This document shows positions 59,181 to 64,000 of a DNA stretch of 64,000 nt, in pieces. How positions within the stretch are numbered: position 1 is the first letter of the stretch; each line of letters begins with the position of its first letter. The position numbers and the translations under genes are program-made. Origin of the DNA: a virus; the IMG/VR virus record IMGVR_UViG_3300033485_000001, positions 114,540 to 178,539 of that record. One strand, written 5' to 3'. Under the pieces are notes generated by a model. That model worked only from the letters and a program-made list of their open reading frames with translations. It searched no databases and had not been told where the DNA came from.

Positions 59181-59393
59181 ATGATCGGAATGAGAGTGAT
59201 ACTCATCGTCAGGAAGGATCAGGACGATGGCAGGAGAAGGGAAGCGGAGGCGGAGCGGAACTACGCCGGGAACCTCTTCGAGGTGCTTGGGAACACCGCT
59301 CTGCTCCGCGACCTCATCGAGGATGCGAGCGCCAAGCTCAAGTCCGACGAGCGGGCCGAGAGGAAGATCGTCCACGCATGGGAGATCCAATGA
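59181..59393 (+). CDS. Small hypothetical protein
   Basis: GAGGAGGAG RBS. Confidence 0.6.
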   Translation: MIGMRVILIVRKDQDDGRRREAEAERNYAGNLFEVLGNTALLRDLIEDASAKLKSDERAERKIVHAWEIQ

Positions 59394-59611
59394 CGGAGAG
59401 CGAGACCTTCATCTATTTGAACAACTGCCTCATGCTCAAGGGATCCGACTACGAGATGGACGAGAACGAAGAGCCACGTCTCATGCCCGATCTCAAGGCG
59501 AAGGCTGGGTACATGGTCGAGGCCGTTACGTGGTTCGAGAACAGGCTCCCTCGCCGGCGGCTGTGGGTCGTGCAGGAGGATGGGTCGTTGAGAGAAGAGG
59601 AGACGTCATGA
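59390..59611 (+). CDS. Small hypothetical protein
   Basis: ATGA-type coupling. Confidence 0.6.
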   Translation: MTESETFIYLNNCLMLKGSDYEMDENEEPRLMPDLKAKAGYMVEAVTWFENRLPRRRLWVVQEDGSLREEETS

Positions 59612-60549
59612 TCGTCAAGTGCCACTTCTGCATGGAGCGTGAGCCGGTCAAGCGCATCGCAGGACCCATCACCAAGAACGGACCCGTCGTCTTCGAGCTC
59701 TGCGAGGAGTGCGCGGCTGAAAAGGAGGTGTGTGACAAGCGCGGTGACAAGATCCTCGAGCTCCAGCACAAGAACGCTTCAGAGCTCTGCGTGGGCTGCG
59801 GCATCTGCTGCTTCATCCTCAACGCGCGCATCACCCATGCGGAGGCAGCCAACATGGTGGAGGCCCACGGCATCAAGATGGAGGACTTCGCCATCGAGAC
59901 GGAGATCGGCAAGGCGCTATATCCGGGCGACCTCACCATCAAGATGCCGTGTGCCTTCCTGATGGGGAAGCCCCTCGGGAAGTGGACCGCCTGTCAGATC
60001 CACGGTAAGATCAGACCAGAAGTTTGTGGATCATACCTCTGTAAAATGGCGATTCGATATCAGCTCGGTACGATCAGTCTCAACGAGGCCCGTTACTGGC
60101 TCAGAACGGCGATCTTGACCAAGGACTTTTCCATCTTCAACTGGATCAAGGATGAGTCCGATGCCAAGATTCTGATCTCTGCTGCGATCGAGGGGCAGGT
60201 CAGCAGGATGAAGCGGGAGGGGCTGACCGAGGATCAAATACAGCTCAACCTGGCTTCTGTGATCACACCGAGGTACCACGTCAAGTCCGCTCTGGACGAG
60301 CTGACCCTCGACATGCACTTCGCAACCCATGATCGAGGAGACGATGATCCGAAGGTGTTCTTCACCGAGGAGGAGCTCATGGACTTTCAGTGTCGGCAGG
60401 CGACGAAGGACACCGTGGAGTTGATCGTCAACCGAGTGGTCGCCACCTTCCGCAAGTACTTCGACCGAGTGGACCGTGAGCTGATGAAGCCGACGGAGAT
60501 CGACGAAGAGAAGGCGGACGAGCTGCGAGAGGAGATCGATGTTCGGTGA
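59608..60549 (+). CDS. YkgJ/CxxCxxCC family protein with an extra N-terminal Zn ribbon and helical C-domain
   Basis: CHFC...CEEC; CVGCGICC...CAFL...CQIH...RPEVCGSYLC. Confidence 0.75.
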   Translation: MIVKCHFCMEREPVKRIAGPITKNGPVVFELCEECAAEKEVCDKRGDKILELQHKNASELCVGCGICCFILNARITHAEAANMVEAHGIKMEDFAIETEIGKALYPGDLTIKMPCAFLMGKPLGKWTACQIHGKIRPEVCGSYLCKMAIRYQLGTISLNEARYWLRTAILTKDFSIFNWIKDESDAKILISAAIEGQVSRMKREGLTEDQIQLNLASVITPRYHVKSALDELTLDMHFATHDRGDDDPKVFFTEEELMDFQCRQATKDTVELIVNRVVATFRKYFDRVDRELMKPTEIDEEKADELREEIDVR

Positions 60550-60748
60550 TCGGTTTCCGCCGCACTGCCACTCACAGAACAGTCGATCCTTCACCTGCGC
60601 CTGTGGTGAGGTCCATCATTGGCGCAGGGGTAGGACGCAGATGATCGAGTGCGGGTGTGGTCGGTGGCACTGGCGCAATCGCGGGGGTCACGAAGATCGA
60701 AGGGACAGGCGGGGAAGGTGTGAGGGGTTCGGAGGCGGAGATGGGTGA
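60539..60748 (+). CDS. Small Cys/His-rich hypothetical protein
   Basis: CACG, CGCG; GAGGAG RBS. Confidence 0.5.
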   Translation: MFGDRFPPHCHSQNSRSFTCACGEVHHWRRGRTQMIECGCGRWHWRNRGGHEDRRDRRGRCEGFGGGDG

Positions 60749-60839
60749 CTGGTGGGACTGGGTCATGGTGATCATGGTTGTCGTCTGCGTCGGCGCGCTG
60801 ACTCTGGCCGACATCAAGGAAGGAGGGTGGAAGAGGTGA
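60741..60839 (+). CDS. 32-aa membrane peptide
   Basis: GGAGG RBS; WVMVIMVVVCVGALTLA. Confidence 0.5.
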   Translation: MGDWWDWVMVIMVVVCVGALTLADIKEGGWKR

Positions 60840-61207
60840 GAGAGCTCAAGCCACACCAGATCGAGTGCAGCATCATCGAGGGCGGCTCGGACTTTTCCTA
60901 CCGAGAGCTCGTTCGGTTCGACGACGTCGTGTTCCGCATCTGGATCAGGGTCTACTCGTTCGGCGTCCACGAACTGGGTCCTGGGGAGGCGACCATCGAG
61001 GTGTGGTCGCATCGGGGCATGAAGTGGAACACGATCTACGGCCTGCACCCGGAGGAGATGAAGAGCGAGCCACCCGAGAAGCATCTCGAGGACCTGAGCC
61101 CCGAGGATAGGTTCGAGATCTTCAGGGAGGATCGGGATGAGCTGCTCAGGCTCGGTGCTGCGGTTGTGTTCCCTGGTTCGAGGATCGGAACGGGAAAGGG
61201 CAACTGA
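60836..61207 (+). CDS. Hypothetical protein
   Basis: GTGA coupling; typical codon usage. Confidence 0.62.
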   Translation: MRELKPHQIECSIIEGGSDFSYRELVRFDDVVFRIWIRVYSFGVHELGPGEATIEVWSHRGMKWNTIYGLHPEEMKSEPPEKHLEDLSPEDRFEIFREDRDELLRLGAAVVFPGSRIGTGKGN

Positions 61208-61210
61208 GGC

Positions 61211-61696
61211 ATGAAGAGGAAGTACCGCAACTGGATCAGGAAGTACGTCGGGGACAAGTCAGTGGCGGGCCTCTGCGGCGAGTACTCGGTCCTGATGCAC
61301 GCCACGTTCCCAGAGCTGATCATGATCGAGGGCGAGTACCACGAACCCGACGAGCAGTGGCCGGAGGGGCACTGCTGGCTCGAGGATCCCAAGGCAGGCG
61401 AGATCATCGATCCTACGGTCTCCCAGTTCGAGGAGGGTGGCGAGTACGCAGACGGCAGCCACAGGTTCCACGGCGAGGTCAGCGAGGAGATGTTCCAGCA
61501 CGCCGTGAGGGTCGCCGAGCTCATCTGCGGCGAGCCGCTGCTCCCGGACAACACCTGGGTGGCCTGGGAGGTCCAAGACCTGCTCGATGCCTGGGTGGAG
61601 AGGATCGAGGAGCGGCGCAGGGACAAGAAGATCCTCCAAGATCACCCACTGGCTAGCCTCGGGGGAGAGATCGACGACGAAGAAGAGGCAGCCTGA
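61211..61696 (+). CDS. Papain/transglutaminase-like fold protein (Cys-His-Asp triad)
   Basis: AGLCGEYS; GHCWL; EIIDPTVSQF. Confidence 0.62.
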   Translation: MKRKYRNWIRKYVGDKSVAGLCGEYSVLMHATFPELIMIEGEYHEPDEQWPEGHCWLEDPKAGEIIDPTVSQFEEGGEYADGSHRFHGEVSEEMFQHAVRVAELICGEPLLPDNTWVAWEVQDLLDAWVERIEERRRDKKILQDHPLASLGGEIDDEEEAA

Positions 61697-61699
61697 AGT

Positions 61700-61710
61700 G
61701 CTATAAGATC
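61700..61710 (+). promoter_or_regulatory. TATAAG-core promoter
   Basis: GCTATAAGATC in the intergenic gap. Confidence 0.6.
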
Positions 61711-61780
61711 GGCAGACGGGATCGTCCACTCTACGTGGGCGGTCCCGCCTGTTCTTTTAGGCGGGCAAGGAGGTGAGGGA

Positions 61781-62272
61781 ATGCCCAGGAGAAAGACATC
61801 GATCCTCGATAGGTCCAGGAAGCTGATCTTGAAGACCGTGAGGAACAACATCTTCAGGACACTGAACACCTACGCCGATGCTCTCTATTGGCATGTGGGT
61901 AGCACCTTCACCCTCTCCAAGGGTGAGAGGTACGGCGATCTATACGAAGACGGTGAGCCGAAGGTGGCATGGGTGGAGTGCTACCTGTGGATCTGGACCC
62001 ATGACGAGGGAAACGGATTGGCTGAGGACATGGGCTTGGAGGAGATCAGCAACGAAGCCCTCTTGAAGGAGATGCTTCCGGAGATGGAGACCGGAAAGCT
62101 AGTGATCAAAACGATGTCAGAGATGGTGGGGGAGAAGGGCACCGTCTTCGTCGACTTTCGCAGCAACTCCGACATGAAGGCATTCGTCAAAGAGCTACGG
62201 GGTATGAAGTACATCACCAGGGAGGAGATCAGAGAAGCAGTAGTCTCTGCGACTCGATCGAAAGGGAAGTGA
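61781..62272 (+). CDS. Hypothetical protein
   Basis: AAGGAGGTGAGG RBS after a structured leader. Confidence 0.68.
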   Translation: MPRRKTSILDRSRKLILKTVRNNIFRTLNTYADALYWHVGSTFTLSKGERYGDLYEDGEPKVAWVECYLWIWTHDEGNGLAEDMGLEEISNEALLKEMLPEMETGKLVIKTMSEMVGEKGTVFVDFRSNSDMKAFVKELRGMKYITREEIREAVVSATRSKGK

Positions 62273-62475
62273 AGATGGACAAGTACATCCTGGTCAAGGT
62301 GGCAAGGGCCTGTAGCGCGTGCAAGACCGAGCTGTTCCAGGTGTTCGTGGTCGACAAGGACTGGACGGTTCCGTTTTACGTGCCCGCCATCGGCATCGAG
62401 AACGACCCAGTGGTCTTGAGCAGGGCGAGGGATCGCATGGCCTACCTGATGGAGAAGGAGAAGGAGAAGGAGTGA
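62269..62475 (+). CDS. Small hypothetical protein
   Basis: GTGA coupling; CSAC. Confidence 0.55.
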   Translation: MKMDKYILVKVARACSACKTELFQVFVVDKDWTVPFYVPAIGIENDPVVLSRARDRMAYLMEKEKEKE

Positions 62476-62909
62476 TGGGAGCCGATTTCATCTCGAGGTG
62501 CATGGTCCACAAGGAAGGTGGCATCTCGAAGCAGCAGTACAGGAAGGCGGTGTCCTACCTGAAGAAGCTGCACAAGGCCGCGTACAGGTCTCAGAGGAGT
62601 GGCGTCAAGGAGGGCACGGACCTCTACAACGCCGTCCAGAACATCATCTCGTGCGAGGACCTCGAAGACGACTGCGACAGCACCGCCGAGGAGTACGCGG
62701 TGAAGCTGGTCTTCGAGAAGACCGAGGAGCCCGGAGAGCTCCTGGCTGCGCTCAACGATGCGAGGGACATGGGCAGCCGGGTGTGGAACGGGCACATGAT
62801 CTACTACGCCGGCGGCATGAGCTGGGGCGACGAGCCCGATGGCTGGGGCTATCAGTCCCTGAAGTGGATCGAACTGCTCAACGCCGACAAGGTGTTGGGC
62901 CTGGAGTAG
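62475..62909 (+). CDS. Hypothetical protein
   Basis: AAGGAG RBS; YAGGMSWGDEP motif. Confidence 0.68.
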   Translation: MGADFISRCMVHKEGGISKQQYRKAVSYLKKLHKAAYRSQRSGVKEGTDLYNAVQNIISCEDLEDDCDSTAEEYAVKLVFEKTEEPGELLAALNDARDMGSRVWNGHMIYYAGGMSWGDEPDGWGYQSLKWIELLNADKVLGLE

Positions 62910-62917
62910 GAGGAGTG

Positions 62918-63292
62918 ATGACTGACTGGTACGTCGTTCTGAATGCGGTTGCGGACTACTTGAACAGGCAGCTCAAGCTGCTCAAGGTCGCCAGCCAGCA
63001 CATGTCGATTGACCCCAAGATCTGTGGAGGTGTGGTCAAGATCGAGATGAACCTCACCCCGGCTGACGGGAAGATCTGGGAGGAGATCCTCGAGCCCCTC
63101 GGGGCCAGGAAGCAGAACTACGAGTTCGCGATCCTGTTCCCGAGTGGCACGTGGAGGATGTCCGAGGGGATGATCCGGGCGTACAGCGAGAAGGAGGCCG
63201 AGGAGCGGCTGAGGTCGGAGCTTGAGGCGGCTGGGTTCCCGGATGTCTCCGGGATCCTCCTCATGCGCGAGTGGAAGGATGAGGAGGAATGA
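62918..63292 (+). CDS. Hypothetical protein
   Basis: AGGAGGAG RBS. Confidence 0.65.
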   Translation: MTDWYVVLNAVADYLNRQLKLLKVASQHMSIDPKICGGVVKIEMNLTPADGKIWEEILEPLGARKQNYEFAILFPSGTWRMSEGMIRAYSEKEAEERLRSELEAAGFPDVSGILLMREWKDEEE

Positions 63293-63657
63293 AGAAGCCG
63301 AAGGTGAAGATCGGCAAGATGCTCAAGAACGAGGGCCACCAGTACCACTGCCTGGCGCCGTGCGGGAAGTGCTGCAACGGTGGACTGGAGATCCCGATCC
63401 ACTCCTACGAGAAGCGCAGGTACAAGCTCAAGAAGTACGCTGGCAAGCCCAGGGTGATCCGGCTCGATGGTCACGGCAGAGAGTCCTCGACGGGTGAGCT
63501 GTTCTACCAGCTCGAGACGAAGGAGGACGGATCCTGCTGGTACCTCAAGAACAGGCGGTGCTCGATCTACAACAAGCGCCCCGAGGTCTGCCGAGGCTAC
63601 CTCTGCCACCGTCGATACGACGAGGCGCAGGCGCTGCTAGAGAAGGAGGTGAAGTGA
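63289..63657 (+). CDS. YkgJ/CxxCxxCC family protein
   Basis: CLAPCGKCC...CWYL...CSIYNKRPEVCRGYLC. Confidence 0.78.
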   Translation: MKKPKVKIGKMLKNEGHQYHCLAPCGKCCNGGLEIPIHSYEKRRYKLKKYAGKPRVIRLDGHGRESSTGELFYQLETKEDGSCWYLKNRRCSIYNKRPEVCRGYLCHRRYDEAQALLEKEVK

Positions 63658-63658
63658 G

Positions 63659-64000
63659 ATGGAAGAGGGGACGCTGGAGAGCTGCACCTGCTCGTTCTGT
63701 GTGGCGTGCTGCCGCCACAAGCCGGGCTGGATGAAGCCCAAGCAGTTCAGGGAGATCGCCGCGTACCTGAACATGGACCTCAAGGAGGCGTTCGAGAAGT
63801 ACTTCATGATCGACTGGTGGGAGAACTACAAGGAGCCGGGTCGTAGGGGCTACATGATCCAGCCGGCCATCGTGGGCCACGAGGGCAAGTACGCCCCCGG
63901 CGTGCCGACGGGTACCTGCATCTTCCTCGACAAGGACGAGCGGTGCATGATCCACCCCGTCAAGCCCATCGAGTGCGCGATGGCGCTCCACGACGAGCAT
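63659..64000 (+). CDS. YkgJ/CxxCxxCC family protein (runs off the window end)
   Basis: Translated by hand: MEEGTLESCTCSFCVACC...CIFLDKDERCMIHPVKPIEC; AAGGAGGT RBS. Confidence 0.75.
   Translation, partial: MEEGTLESCTCSFCVACCRHKPGWMKPKQFREIAAYLNMDLKEAFEKYFMIDWWENYKEPGRRGYMIQPAIVGHEGKYAPGVPTGTCIFLDKDERCMIHPVKPIECAMALHDEH

Noticed and set aside
1-64000. CRISPR array, tRNAs, integrase/transposase, reverse transcriptase, stop-codon reassignment
   Set aside because: No regularly spaced repeats, cloverleafs or catalytic motifs were seen. Long genes are intact under code 11, and TAA, TAG and TGA all serve as stops.

Overview
This is a high-GC segment of a large tailed phage (myovirus morphotype). 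No host housekeeping genes are recognisable. About 1-48 kb is a mostly plus-strand virion module: portal, baseplate spike, lambda-gpA-type terminase large subunit, prohead protease, scaffold-like proteins, HK97-fold major capsid protein, neck and adaptor proteins, contractile sheath and tube. Inside it sits a single 2053-2065 aa ORF that fuses bacterial-type RNA polymerase beta and beta-prime (NADFDGD intact). Short antisense cassettes with their own promoter and terminator interrupt the module. About 48-64 kb holds small, often Cys-rich, early-type ORFs, including four YkgJ/CxxCxxCC proteins and a linker-histone-like protein. The main unexplained signals are: (1) about ten unrelated small proteins share an (A/G)-F-x-D-E-L-x-K-I-A-like helix ending in a K-x-A motif, which also recurs throughout the head proteins and near the capsid N-terminus, suggesting a modular capsid-loading tag cleaved by the protease and attached to glycine-zipper or enzyme payloads; (2) two promoter-delimited, heavily base-paired non-coding RNAs of about 375-390 nt; (3) a strictly spaced bipartite promoter, AAGYGAAA-N17-TATATAAGATCAWTG. 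All functional calls come from motif recognition by eye; no database searches or folding programs were run.
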